Source of the DNA: Dicyema japonicum
Lineage: Eukaryota; Animalia; Dicyemida
Direction of reading: 5' to 3'
Assembly (NCBI GenBank): GCA_011109175.1
Contig: RDEW01000028.1
Location: forward strand, 214,450 to 269,795
DNA length: 55,346 nucleotides
The notes under the pieces are model-generated. The model did no database searches. It was given only the letters and a program-made list of their open reading frames with translations, and had not been told where the DNA came from. A program made the position numbers and the translations under genes. Shown here piece by piece: positions 21,848 through 34,620 of this stretch; within the stretch, counting starts at the first letter, position 1, and each line of letters opens with the position of its first letter.

Positions 21848-24660
21848 ATGTCTGCTATGTGTAAACTCATATCTATCATCTCCAACAACATAGAGAAAGA
21901 GCCAAACACTAACTTTATCCCTTATTTCAAGGGAATTCAGCATATTCTCAGCAACAAGTCTACCCCCGATTACGTCCTCACTGCCACACTGGATTGTCTT
22001 CTCAAACTGCTCACCAACCTACCTCACCAGTATTTCCTACTAAAAACCAGGCTGTCTCAGTTTTTTTCTCCCCCCAACATAATAAACATCGGCCTATGCC
22101 TCTCCAATCTCCTTAACCTCCTCAAATCCGACTCAAAGGAGATCAAAAAGATTGCCTCACTTTGTCTTGTCCTCATGTTTCCTCAGATTCCATTAAGTGA
22201 CTCCGTAATTTGTTCTGTGGGAACAATTTACGCCTCTTTCCTCCCAGGAGTCTGTTCAGGGGTTGGCCGTGAGATCCTTTCCAGCGGAGTGACCCATTCA
22301 CGTGCTTTTTTTACGGTAGATGTTATCCATGTTGTAGAACCTCATCCATTCTATCACCAGACTTGTCTTCCTTGTGCTCTCCCCTGAGAGTTTGGCAGTT
22401 AAGGAGGGACCGGAGTTCGCAGAAATCAGGGACTGGCTTAGTGATCAGGGATTGGGTCACTTGCTGTTACCTCGGGATGACGAGTTTGTGAGAACTGCCC
22501 ATTCTCGGCTTGCTGATATTGTCGGTAGGCTACAGTATTTGGTCACGTGGGACTTCCCTACTGTCAACACCGGTTTGAGGGATTTAGTACTAGCTTTAGT
22601 GCAAACTAAACCAGAGTTTTGCTTTTCTTTTAATTTTTAGATCCGCAGAGTTGTCCCTTTCGTTTGTGGATCTTGCGGTTTCTCTCAGATGTCCACTACT
22701 CTCTGAACTGTTGTCCCCCAAGGCTTTGATGGAGTGCACTCTGAGTGTGTGTAGATCTCCGTTTTGTTTCATATCACTAAGAAGACTCCATTCGTACGTT
22801 TTGGGTGTTTTTACTCCGGCTTTTATTTTGTCGGGTTTTTCTTGGAATTGCTTTGTGGATAATGTGAGGGACACTTTAGCCCCCTATATTCTCTTTTTTA
22901 CTCCGGCTTTTATTTTGTCGGGTTTTTCTTGGAATTGCTTTGTGGATAATGTGAGGGACACTTTAGCCCCCTATATTCTCTCCCTATGCAGTGTAAAATC
23001 AGATTATAGCAGTGGGAACCAGATAGTTTTATCATCGCAAGATATAATACGTGATCAAACTTTTATTGGGCAGACCTACCTCAAACTAACCACTCCTCAA
23101 CTTAGGACAACTTTCATCCAGTTTATTTCAGTAATTGTAGAAAAAAGTATTTATTTTATGTTTTCTCAGTTTCTCTTACCGGTCTCTTTGATCTGTTTGT
23201 TGATGAGGATGACACGCCAGAATTTTTGAGCCTCATTTGCTTCTCTGCTCAGATTGTTTCCAATAATAGCCAGACTGTGAGGACTATTTTGAACAAACTA
23301 CATCAAATACTTCGATTAACCCTCCACAGTGACTTCTCCAGGCACATCTCAGAAATTATCTACCACATATCTCCTGTATTTTTTATTTAAACCTAGTCCC
23401 CTATATTCTCCGACTATTTGCCTATTTGTGTTTTCTATCTCCTCATCTTCTCCCAGGACATCTCATGCTGTGCAATACCAGCTCTTCAGAGGATTGCTAA
23501 GTACAACTACTCAGGGTTTATCTGTTGGTTTATCCTGAGCGATTCTGTGGCAATGTTAGTAGACAATTTGGAGTTTTTGGCCAATAAGATGCTCTTCCAT
23601 CTTAAATTTGGCCACAAGAACCTCGCCTTTGACTGTTTACTCACACTGATTAGCTTTTTGGGGGAGAAAATGATCCCAGTCTTGCAGGACGTCGTGTTGG
23701 AGGTATCAGTACTGGTATTAGTAGGTTGTGAACTCTGTTGATTGCTGTGTGGACACTGGTCTCCACTTCAAGGCAATTAGGGCCTTCACTCGTGCCTGCT
23801 CTTCCTCAGTTAGTTTTAGGAACTATTTTAGGTGATCAAAACACTAGACCTTCCCTCTTCTGGTGAATTAGACTTTTATGATCTTATTCATGGAGTTGGG
23901 AAAAGTCGTGGCTTGGATTTAGACGAAAATGAGCTCACTCTTTCGCAGGAAGTTGCTTTGAAGGTGATTTCCGAGTAATTGGTAGATTATTGGGGCTAGT
24001 GTTTTCTGGAGGGAGTATGCGAGTCTAATTGTGGTGCAGAACATAATTAATGACTTGAAGGTGATTTCCGAGTAATTGGTAGATTATTGAGGCTAGTGTT
24101 TTCTGGAGGGAGTATGGGAGTCTAATTGTGGTGCAGAACATAATTAATGACTGTCTGTGGACTGTTGGGCCTAATAAATGTAGATTTGGGATTATTTTAG
24201 CCGCTCTATTGCCGGCTGTTTATAAATTGTGGCCTTCTTTCATCCTCTGCTTTGACGATGCAGATAAGATGCTGTTTATGGCGGCCTTTGAGACTCTGGT
24301 AACACTAAGTCATGTCTGTAAACGATTTTTGTCGGCAAAGTTTGAAAAAGATGTTTTTTGGCGCCTAAAGTTTGAGTGTCCACGTGGGTCGTCATTTGGT
24401 GTAGAATATAGACTGCAGTTGTGTGTTTTGAGGAATATTGGGTTTATCTGTTATAATGTGGGAGTATTTGTTTATTTTAGCTTGACTTGTCCAGGTTTGT
24501 GGTTGAGATTGTGTTGAAAGGTCTGCTGGTTATTCCAAGAAAGACTAAGGATGTGGATGAGGTTTGGATGACATTTACTCTGTAGGCTATCAGTCGTAGT
24601 TTGGACTATTTTAATGCCCTCAATGCTGATTTGACTTATTTTATGAGCATTGTTGTATAA
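21848..24660 (+). CDS. TTI1: TELO2-interacting protein 1 (TTT complex HEAT protein); multi-exon
   Basis: YASFLPGVCS, LVDNLEFLANKML, MIPVLQDVVLE|VVNSVD, LLPAVYKLWPSF, CKRFLSAKFEKDV and EAISRSLDYF..NADLTYFM; about 10 introns of 21-25 nt (first 22316-22337) restore the frame to TAA at 24658-24660. Confidence 0.85.
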
Positions 24661-24734
24661 TATTTTGTATTAATGATATATTGTGTTTAGTTAATAAATG
24701 TTGAATTATCATATATGAAACATCTAATTAAACC

Positions 24735-26592
24735 ATAATCACTGTCTGCCATCCACCAGGTCAAGATCGTCGGCAGTTTTTAAATTTCTTTTAATATGAC
24801 CAGGTCTTTTTGTAAAACTATTAACAGTGTTGTTTTAGGTCTTCCACGATAGCGGCCTTCTTGACTAACATAGCATGTTTCCATAGATATGTTCGATGGG
24901 GATGTTAATTCCATCCTCAGCATGTGTCCGAAGAGCTTCCATCGGGATTCCAGTACTTCTAAGCTGATAGGTCTAGTGCTGCATCTCTTATATAAAACAT
25001 TCCTCAATATTTTCGTAGGCCAAGTAGTTCCTGTTATTTTTCTCAGCTGACCTCTGTGGAACGAGTCTAGTTTTTCCATATCCGCTGATGAAGTCGCCCA
25101 AGTTCCAGCGTTATATAAAAGTACGGATTTTATGAATGAGTCGTTTAATATGATTCTTATTTTCGATACCTCTTTGATTGAGCTATAGATTCTTCAGTTT
25201 ATATAACGCAGCATTGGCTAGAGTTTTCCTCGTAAATTATCTTCGCTATCTCCCATAGGTGAACCGAGTTTCTTCACTTGTCGCCACTTCTAGGATGTTG
25301 CTCATCCTTCTTATTTCTGTGAGTTATGTTATCTCTCTGTTCACAGTAAGAAACCATTTCCCTAGTACATCTGGTGCTTTTTCGCATAGGTGTTCCAGGA
25401 CCTGTTTGTCTTCAGAAATTAGGTCTACATCGTCCGCGTAGATCACTTTTTCTGTCTTTCCTTGGTATAACGATCTAAGTTCCCTCATAACAGCTTCCAG
25501 GTAAATTCTGAATAGTAGAAAAGAAAGGGATTCTCCTTGTGGAGTTCCCGTGTTTGTTTCAAATTTTCTTGAATAGGTCTTTCCGACTCTCACAAGGAGC
25601 TCAGTGAAAGTTAAATTCGGATCATCCTTAGACTCGACCCGTATCAAAAGCTCTTGATATGTCAATTCCCAGAATATTGGTGGCGTTACGATATTTTTGA
25701 TGTGTTGCACACCTCCATCTGTGACTCCAGACCGCATTAGTTGTGGATCTCGCTTCTTGAAAACCACTTTAACTATCTGGTAGGCATTTGTAAGCAGATC
25801 TTTTTATTCGTTCAAGCACAATATTTGCCAAGACTTTGCGTAATGAATTTAGTAGTATCATGATTCGCAAATTATTGAGCGGTCCTCTGGTTTTGTTGAT
25901 TTTTTGTATGGGGATTAGTAATCACAGAGGTAGAATGAAGTTGGTGGAGAACATTCCATTTAGCAGCATTGCAATTTTGTCATTCAGGCAGTCGGGTCCG
26001 TATTTTAGTAGTTCGGGATCTATTTTGTCTGGTCCAGGACTTCTGTTATTCTTGAGTTTTCTGCAGGCAGTTTTGATTTCCTCGGGCGTAATTAATATCT
26101 CCAGCCGCGATGGCTTCAGTTTGTTCTTCGGTGTTCAGTATCAGCTTACCGTTCTCGTCTTTTATGGTTAGTCGACTTAGGTTTGTTCGTCGCAGCAAAC
26201 GGGCAGCAACGTACACCTGTCGTTGTCTTTCATATTGTTTACCTCTTCTATACAGGAGGCTATTTCGTCTAGGAAAAGCTTCTTGTTCAGATTTTTTATT
26301 TTTCTTCTGACAAATTGTCTTTCCCTTAAAGGGCTTTTCTCGTATTAGCATTAGTGGCATTTGATTTCCTCATGTTTATTTCTTTTAAACTTTTCGCTAA
26401 CTCAGGAACATCTGGATGAATAGCCTTCAGGTGCATTTTACTATTCTCCCTTTTGCCAAGACATGCCTCAGCAGCTTCGTTGATGGTGTCCTTTTTGCGT
26501 TTCCAAGCGTCTTCTAACGAGGTATCCACCAATGCGTCCTGCATATGAGTCTGAATGTATTGCTGACATCTCTCAGTAGTCTCCGGTTGGGA
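24735..26592 (-). mobile_element. RTE-clade LINE, RT and 3' end
   Basis: NTGTPQGESLSFLLF, IYADDVDL, RWKLFGHMLRM and YRGRPKTT. Confidence 0.88.
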
Positions 26593-26992
26593 NNNNNNNN
26601 NNNNNNNNNNNNNNNNNNNNNNNNNNNNNNNNNNNNNNNNNNNNNNNNNNNNNNNNNNNNNNNNNNNNNNNNNNNNNNNNNNNNNNNNNNNNNNNNNNNN
26701 NNNNNNNNNNNNNNNNNNNNNNNNNNNNNNNNNNNNNNNNNNNNNNNNNNNNNNNNNNNNNNNNNNNNNNNNNNNNNNNNNNNNNNNNNNNNNNNNNNNN
26801 NNNNNNNNNNNNNNNNNNNNNNNNNNNNNNNNNNNNNNNNNNNNNNNNNNNNNNNNNNNNNNNNNNNNNNNNNNNNNNNNNNNNNNNNNNNNNNNNNNNN
26901 NNNNNNNNNNNNNNNNNNNNNNNNNNNNNNNNNNNNNNNNNNNNNNNNNNNNNNNNNNNNNNNNNNNNNNNNNNNNNNNNNNNNNNNNNNNN
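26593..26992. other. Assembly gap
   Basis: N run. Confidence 1.
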
Positions 26993-27076
26993 ATGCGAAA
27001 ATTAACAGATTTTTTTATTAAAATATAAAAATTGTAATTATCCGTCTTGGTTATATTATTAAGGTAGTATATCGAA

Positions 27077-27163
27077 CAGGGTAGACCCAAATTTAAGGAA
27101 AACCCTCTTTTTGGGGAAAACCTCAAAATTGGGGAAAATTTTCCCCAATTCGGGGTCGCACTG
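27077..27163. mobile_element. 87-bp MITE-like hairpin element
   Basis: Imperfect TIRs CAGGGTAGACCC / GGGGTCGCACTG and a perfect 24-bp palindrome at 27127-27150; no clear TSD. Confidence 0.45.
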
Positions 27164-27294
27164 TAATAATAATAATTGTTAGCTATGGCTATTTCTATAT
27201 GTTTGTCTTCAGATTATAGTATTCCTCATTTCAATACAGTAAACCTTCATTAATCCGAAAAAATGATTTGGCGTTTTTCTGGTTGTGAAGGTAA

Positions 27295-27375
27295 TTATTT
27301 TTTTATTTAACAACCCAAGACCACGGTAAAAACCAAACTAATTATTACGTGATCCTGATGCATTCTAACAGCGAC
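27295..27375 (-). mobile_element. LINE-A 3' terminal fragment
   Basis: Homologous to 53385-53447; AGGATCAC...GTGGTCTT hairpin and A-rich tail. Confidence 0.7.
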
Positions 27376-28460
27376 CTCATCTTTGCTCGGTGTTCTTTTT
27401 TCGTGCCCGAGCATGAACGTACAGGCAGCTGCCTGAATTTTTCCTTTTGCCAAGACATGCCTCAGCAGCTTTGTTGATGGTGTCCTTTTTGCGTTTCCAA
27501 GCGTCTTCTAACGAGGTATCCACCAATGCGTCCTGCATATGAGTCTGAATGTATTGTTGATATCTCTCAGTAGTCTCCGGTTGGGAAATCAGCCTTTCAG
27601 TCGCCTCTGATTTTCTCAAATTCGTGATTTTTGGCATTCTTGCATTTGATGGCATGTTTTTTCAGAGTGAAGGTCGCAATAACCATCTTGTGGTCGCTGA
27701 CAGTCGTCGAGCCTTCATATGAACGCGCGCTTACTAGAAGGTGTTTGTCTTTAGCCCGGAATATGACATAATCTATTTGATTGTATATTAGGACCAGCTT
27801 TCCCTCTGAGTTTCTTCGCTTCCCCATCCACGTAGTTTTGTGGCAGGATGCGTAAATGCAGTATTACATAGGAATAGGTTGTTTGCCATACAAAAGTGAC
27901 CATGTATTGTCCTGGGTAGGTTTCTTATTCCACGTCCATGTTCTCCTAAGAAAACATCATCTAGGTTATTCTTCATCCCGATTTTCGCATTCAAATCTCC
28001 AGCAATGAGTATTAGTGATGACGACTCAAATTCGTTTTACGTCCGTAACAGTGCTGAATAGAAGTCGTCTAGTTCTGTCGGATCATTCGCTACTCTCTCG
28101 CAGTGTGACGCATAAACATTTATAGTTGTCAGAAGCTCTTCGAAGGAGGTAAGTCGTTTAGAAAGATTTGTATAACACAGATCCTGTCATTCACACTCCA
28201 TGTACGGTGGACTGCACTTGTCAACTTTGAGTGGATGGCAAATCCAAGTCCATAATATTTTGAGTCACTCGGTAAACATATTATTCGATATTCGCTATGA
28301 CTCTCATCAAGGCTACAAGTAACTTTCGTCTCTTGTAGGCACGCAATGGATACGTCATATCTTTCCAGGTCGTCACAAAAAATCTTCTTTGACCAGGTCG
28401 TAGATGAGCCTCTAGCATTGAACGTAAAGAGCTTTAGACTAGATGCATCTTTTTAAATCC
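27376..28460 (-). mobile_element. RTE-clade LINE APE endonuclease region (probably the 5' part of 24735-26592)
   Basis: LFTFNARG, IACLQETK, LIAGDLNAKIG, YNQIDYVIFR and SDHKMVIA; overlaps 26440-26592 in sequence. Confidence 0.85.
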
Positions 28461-29099
28461 CTTGCTTTCTAGACAATTTTCTCAACTGCGATCCAATTAA
28501 GAAACGAGGCACGTCACCACCTCAGCAAAACCGTTAAAACCGTTTAACATTATACCTAAAGTTAACGCTAACCGGTTTAGACGGTTAAATAGTTACTTAG
28601 AAAAGATTATATCCAAAAACAAACACGTTACTAATTAAAAGAGATAAGATTAAGCCGCCAAAGAAAGAAAGGGAAACCGAAAAAATAGCAAAGTGAGTTT
28701 GTAGTCTGTTGGGGTTGACTATAATGGGACACCAGATGTCCCTTCCTCGAAAATATTGACTCCTTGCACCACTATTTGTTCAAGCAATGCAACAATTTTT
28801 CAATGGATCGTACAGATCCCTCTAACTTTGGGGATAATTTTGATTTCAGATTCAAACCATACGTCATGGCATATCTCCGCGTTTTCTCTAAGAGTTACAG
28901 AGTTCCAACAGGAATTAAATTTTCGTTTTTCTTCCATAAAATTTTCAACAATCCACAAATAGTCTTTCAACCTTTTGAGTATGTACCTCCAATGGTTATC
29001 CATCCAAGTGGTTAAACCAATGCATGCTAATTCGCATACGTTCTGTTCAATTAATATTGGATTTCAAATGTCCATCGTCTTTTTGTAGAATATTGCTTT

Positions 29100-29582
29100 T
29101 CTCTTCTTTTAAGAGAGCCACCAATCCAAGTAAAAACTTGGTGTCCTTTTTCGTTCTTTAATGGCCTTTTCAAGCTCATTCATTATATCAATTCGAGATC
29201 GACCTGGCGTTGACCCAGTTCTTGAAATTGACAACGTCTGCGTAAATGAATTAGACATTTTCGGTTTCACCGTCTGTACTGCAATTTTGGCTGTCTTCCG
29301 AACTGCTGGAACGTTCCAGCTGCCCAAGGTTTTAAAGCCGAATTTTTTGTTTCATTCGACTTATCCTCCCATTCTCTGAAACTACTTTCAACAGTTTTTT
29401 CGCCAATAATTTCTCATTTTTCAGCTTTGAGGCTTCTTTTGCCTTCTGCCAGCCCCGATAATTTGCCAAGAGAGTTACAGTTGACACATTTCTTGTTGTT
29501 AGAGTCCTAGCAATCCATGCTAGCATGTGTGCCAGAACAAAATAGATATTTCTCCTGATTTTTACAAAAATTTACAATGTGT
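29100..29582 (-). mobile_element. LINE ORF1 (gag-like zinc knuckle) remnant
   Basis: HIVNFCKNQEKYLFCSGTHASMDC knuckle pattern followed by a low-complexity tail. Confidence 0.5.
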
Positions 29583-29777
29583 NNNNNNNNNNNNNNNNNN
29601 NNNNNNNNNNNNNNNNNNNNNNNNNNNNNNNNNNNNNNNNNNNNNNNNNNNNNNNNNNNNNNNNNNNNNNNNNNNNNNNNNNNNNNNNNNNNNNNNNNNN
29701 NNNNNNNNNNNNNNNNNNNNNNNNNNNNNNNNNNNNNNNNNNNNNNNNNNNNNNNNNNNNNNNNNNNNNNNNNNNNN
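29583..29777. other. Assembly gap
   Basis: N run. Confidence 1.
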
Positions 29778-30200
29778 TCAAAATTTAAAGTTGCAGATTC
29801 TATCATGCATATTTCGCTACTTCAAACCATTCCTCTTTTTAAATTTAACAAGCCACCCCTTGCTTTCTTTGAAATCAGTGATCCCTCGTATCGATGCAAA
29901 TGTTTTGGGTTTCTCAGTAATAATTTCATCGTTCATAATGGCTTTTTTAGAATCCATTGAATTAAGCAAGAAATCATATCATAATCGAAATCACTAAACT
30001 TTAAATATTCTTTGCGAAAAATGTCAGATCGTAAGTTATTCAACATATTTTCAGATTCTCGTTTACTTCTCAGATTATCAATAGATCTACGAAAAATAGG
30101 TGCATTATATTTTTTGAAAAAATTTCTAAAATTTTTATCAAAGGTAATTCAATATTCGATTCAATAAACTTTAAAATGGCAATTTATTGTTTGTTTTTTA
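29778..30200 (-). mobile_element. Tigger/pogo transposase N-terminal CENP-B HTH remnant
   Basis: IITEKPKTFASIRGITDFKESKGWLVKFKKRNGLK*RNMH. Confidence 0.75.
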
Positions 30201-30950
30201 ATCGTGTACAGATTGCTATCCAGAACGTCTGTAAGGATTTTAGAAATATGAGGGGCAGTACTAGTTTGTCACATTTGTTGGCTTTAGTTCTTCCAATCCT
30301 TTTTGATATTTCATCATTTAAAGTTTTTGTCTGATTTTTCTGTCCAGGAAAGATTGCTATCCAGAACGTCTGTAAGGATTTTAGAAATATGAGGGGCAGT
30401 ACTAGTTTGTCACATTTGTTGGCTTTAGTTCTTCCAATCCTTTTTGATATTTCATCATTTAAAGTTTTTGTCTGATTTTTCTGTCCAGGAAAGGAAAGTA
30501 GATGCCTTTTCTTTAATTAATGCTCTAATTTTCTGATAGAGTTTTTCATTGTAGAATTTAAATAATCCACGAGGAATGAATGTTCTCCAAGCAACCTGAA
30601 AAAAATGAAACAATCTCTTTCCGACGGTAAAAAATTTTTCGATGCGAAAAATGATGGGATTGTGGTCGGAGATAATGTAACGTCCAAGATGTGTCAGGTG
30701 CAAAGTTTTGAAATTTATCATCAAAGGAAGATCTTTTCTTGTAGGTTTTTAACTCCTGTCCTTTGAGTTGGTTTTGAGAGCAGAAGGTTACATCCAAAGA
30801 CGTGGATAATTCGTTTTCCTTGTAATGATTCCTAGTGTGCTTCCAGTGATTGTTGGAAAAGTCATAGAGGTGGACTATTTTAACAAGGACATCCTCTGAA
30901 TCTGCTGGCTGTAATTTTAACCAGGCTGGGTGTTTGGAGTTGTCTCCACA
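30200..30950 (-). mobile_element. APE-type LINE ORF2 fragment (end of endonuclease plus linker)
   Basis: ISDHNPIIFRI; internal ~130 nt tandem duplication. Confidence 0.55.
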
Positions 30951-30960
30951 CTGCTAAAGG

Positions 30961-31400
30961 TAGGTTTACCACTTTATTATTCTAGAAATCCGGGACATTT
31001 ATTGATTTTGATAATAAAAATCCGGGACTTTTCGGGACAAAAAAAATTTCACAGAAAAACGAGACAATATATTTAAAATTAATTAAAAAATTCGATTATA
31101 TTTTTTGAACTGAATGAACTTTATCTAGACATTTTTGATTATTTAAATAAATCAATGCACAGCATGTCCAATTTACTACTCAATAATGATTTAAGGGTTT
31201 TTTCTTTCATTCGACTTTTTTTTTGACCAAGTGGAATTTATAATTGGGAAGTTTCTTTCACAGGAGCAGTAGGAACAGGGTAAGCAAAAAAACATATAAT
31301 TTTAATAAAATTAAGAATTTGAATACTCTAATTAAAATATTTACAAACATGCATCCAATTTAATTAGTTTTCCATTCCCATATTACTAAATAATAATATA
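30961..31400 (-). mobile_element. hAT element end with C-terminal dimerization-domain remnant
   Basis: TAGGTTTACCA terminus, three CGGGAC subterminal repeats, and KSRMKEKTLKSLLSSK. Confidence 0.6.
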
Positions 31401-31699
31401 AAATAGCATTACCGCGCATCAGCAAGCAGATTGTGAAACGTCAGACAAAATCACGTTTTTAGATAAAATTAAAAATTTCGTTTTTCTTCCGTAAAGGGGG
31501 GGGCAATATCAAAATCGCCATTTTTTGTCCCTTGCAAAGCCAGTTTCACGGCGATTTAGAGTGATAAATGGAGCAAGTTGTTTCTAGCACTTAAACAAAC
31601 CTATTAGCACTAAAAATTATAAATAACTGCTTTGGGGTACTCTAATGTACCAGTATTCAGGGCACTCACATCACTAACACAGATATACAACATATCCAT

Positions 31700-32560
31700 A
31701 GATAGAAACACAATTCCAACTATGTGAAAGTTGGCCCACATCCACCCAGTTCAAAAAACCTGGAAAACCAAAAGAGTCCCCTTCTTATCGACCAATATTC
31801 CCATTATGCGGTTTGTCAAAAATTCTTGAGAAAATGGTTTTGGACAGCATCTTCCCATATTTACCTAAAGAATCATTCCAGCACGAATTTAAGAAAGAGT
31901 CATCTACAAGTACGCACTTGCAAACCCTCACAAACTTTATTATGACGGGACTTGATTCAAAGCCCAGACACCTCAAAACTTTATTGTGCTTGGTTGACGT
32001 CCGTAGGGCTTTTGACTCGGTTCCCATAAAAATCTTAACGAGGAAGATCTACTGCTCAAAAATCCCCAGCATTTTCAAAAGATGGCCTGGGAAATTTCTC
32101 ACTGATAGAAGAGGTAAAGTCGTAACAAAATCCTGCCAATCGGTCTCAAAATTTTATCCAAACGGCGTGCCATAAGGTTTCCCCTTGTGACCGTCGCTTT
32201 TTAACTTATTCTTGCACGATATTCCAGTTGACTCGAACAAAAATTCCATAACCCTTGCGTATGCCGATGACATAATATATGCTTGCAAGAATACATGTGT
32301 TACGACAGCTACGAACAAATTGATGTCAAAAACAATTTCTCGAATCACATGACTACCAATAAGGGCAACCCTATTTGAGGTCCTTGTGGGAAATTCCGGC
32401 GGCATATTCACCTAAAATGGAAAACTGTCAGAAGAACAGTGTTATCAAAAATGTGTCGTTTCCCGACACTGGGAAAATATGAGAACATTGCTGAGAGAAG
32501 CCGGGATCACCTGATTCCAGTCGACTTGACCCATAACGACGCATGTGATGTAAATTCTCA
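31700..32560 (+). mobile_element. LINE-A RT fragment with ORF end
   Basis: YRPIFPLC, QHEFKKESSTSTHL, DVRRAFDSV and AYADDII motifs; ends REAGIT*. Confidence 0.85.
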
Positions 32561-32666
32561 TCTCTAAAATGAGTAAAGACAAATAATCTCTGAATTTCAA
32601 AAACATTTATATTGCAAAAAATGCTTGATAAACCAGAAACCATTATTTTTAATATTAATAATATTG

Positions 32667-32959
32667 AAGCCTTTTCACGAAAGCCATAGTATTATAGCTC
32701 CGCATAGGCAGGACACACACTTTATTTAAGTTAATTTTAACTAATCGTAGGAATGATCTTCACTTCTTTTTTTCTTTTTCTTGTGTGTGAGTCCGTTCTA
32801 GACAATCCAGTTCCTGAGTATCCACTGATGACGGCGTCACTCGTCAAACCCTTTCTGCATCGTAGATGCGTGGAACCTTCCACCAGATGAACAGCAGCGA
32901 GAATCGAACCCGTAACCTAAGTTACTTTAGCCCGACACCTAACCACTGCCACCCGGCTA
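32667..32959 (-). mobile_element. Full-length 293-bp tRNA-derived SINE
   Basis: Head AGCCGGGTGGCAGTGGTTAG (A box)...GGTTCGATTC (B box); 11-bp TSD taataatattg (32656-32666) / taacaatattg (32960-32970); second copy at 19668. Confidence 0.85.
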
Positions 32960-32974
32960 TAACAATATTGGCGA

Positions 32975-33107
32975 AAGAAATTATCTCATTAATTATTTTA
33001 AATATAATTTTGTTATGTTTTATTATTTTAAAAGGTTGCTCTTCAATTTTTTTAATTGGCACAAACCCAAAAATTGGCTCTTTGGCTTAGAAGATTGCCG
33101 ATCCCTG
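32975..33107. mobile_element. Charlie-like hAT/MITE right end
   Basis: tggctctttgg...aagattgccgatccctg terminus. Confidence 0.55.
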
Positions 33108-33199
33108 CACTATGATCAGAGTTCGAATCACAATACTAACAATTGTGGTTTAGAAAAATTTAAACGAGTCACCCATTAGTCACGATTTTCATTCGAACC

Positions 33200-33480
33200 A
33201 TTATCCACTTGATTTGCAACTATTTACACCTAAAGTACTTTGTCGTCGAAAATTCAGTATTTGAGTTCTCCAATTCATATATCAAACGTAATCAGTGCCT
33301 CGGTACAAAAACTTAACATCGTGAAGGTGCTCGTCTCAAAATTTAAAGGACCCTTAATCCGGTCATTATCAACGCTATACACTACGTTCACGAGCCAACA
33401 ATAAGTTATGGATGTGCAGCTTGAGAACGAGATTCGCTCAAATAGTTTACCTGGTTATTTGAGCGAATCTCGCTCACCAT
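33200..33480 (+). mobile_element. LINE-A post-RT fragment
   Basis: QKLNIVKVL..PTISYGCAA, as in the other copies. Confidence 0.5.
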
Positions 33481-33649
33481 CCTAAGAGGGAATAGCCACG
33501 CAGTCAGGGAACCCGCTATATAACCGTTAACTCTCTTTTTTTTCCTTAATAAAATTTGTTTATTTGGTGATTTTTTGCATATTATTAAAAATTATAATAA
33601 ATATGATAATCCGGGACAAACTTTGTAGGTGTAGGTCTCCGTTACTGTC

Positions 33650-34620
33650 TCTTGAAAGGAGTTTAATTTCTTTAAATTGGTATGGGAGAAGTTAGTACCC
33701 CATGCCGCGCAGCAGTAGCCGATTGACGCTTGTAAATAGTAAGAGTAGAGATGATTTACTGTAGGGTGGAAACTTCTCTAGTAGTATCCAATTAGCGTTT
33801 CTACTAAATTTAGTTTTTCTGAGAAAAAGAGATTATGTTGCTCACATGTTTGCTGAAGGTCATTAGTGGGTCATATGTGACCCCCAGTATTTTAATTGGA
33901 TTTGTAGAAGAGATTGTTGTCCCATTTAGAGTCAATGATGGTACCGAGTTTGTAAATCTTCTATTGGAAGTAAAGATCATGGAGCCGACTTTTCAGGACT
34001 TGTGTGTAGTTGGTTCCTCGTAAGCCAACAGTACAAGTTGTCAGTTTGTAAATCTTCTATTGGAAGTAAAGATCATGGAGCCGACTTTTCAGGACTTGTG
34101 TGTAGTTGGTTCCTCGTAAGCCAACAGTACAAGTTGTCCAGTAATTCTTGTAAACTGGTACTAGCTGTGTGAATACACTGGTCTCTTGTTGCCAGGATTA
34201 AGTCGTCAGCATAAGCAAGGAACAGGGTATTGTCGCTGCTGTGGGAAGGTATGTCGCTCATAAAGAAGTTGAAGAGAATGGGTGAGAAAGGATAGCTTTG
34301 CGGAACCTAATTCAGCAGAAATTTAGTGACAGAAAATATAGAATGTGTAATTACTCTTCCTCCTCGTCCATTGAGGAAGCTTGCAAGCCAAATTTTCAAG
34401 TTGTTTGGGATGTTTGAGCCATAAATCTTCCAGGTGAGCAGTTTCCTCGGTATCGAGTCAAATCCGTAAATGGAACACATATGAGAATAGTTTTTTGGAA
34501 ACCAATAAAAAGCAAAATGTGTAATTTATAAAATAATAAATATTTATAATTAGAGGGCGAATTAAAATAAAGCAAGTTCCTANGGGATGTTTGAGCCATA
34601 AATCTTCCAGGTGAGCAGTT
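33650..34620 (-). mobile_element. LINE-A RT fragment
   Basis: FDSIPRKLLTWKIYGSNIPNNLKIWLASFLNGR, LAYADDLIL and KILGVTYDP. Confidence 0.85.

Noticed and set aside
28530-28590. Imperfect inverted repeat upstream of the RTE 5' end
   Set aside because: Short, imperfect and single-copy here; cannot be assigned
32895-32959. tRNA gene
   Set aside because: No proper acceptor or anticodon stem; it is the SINE head within a TSD-bounded element
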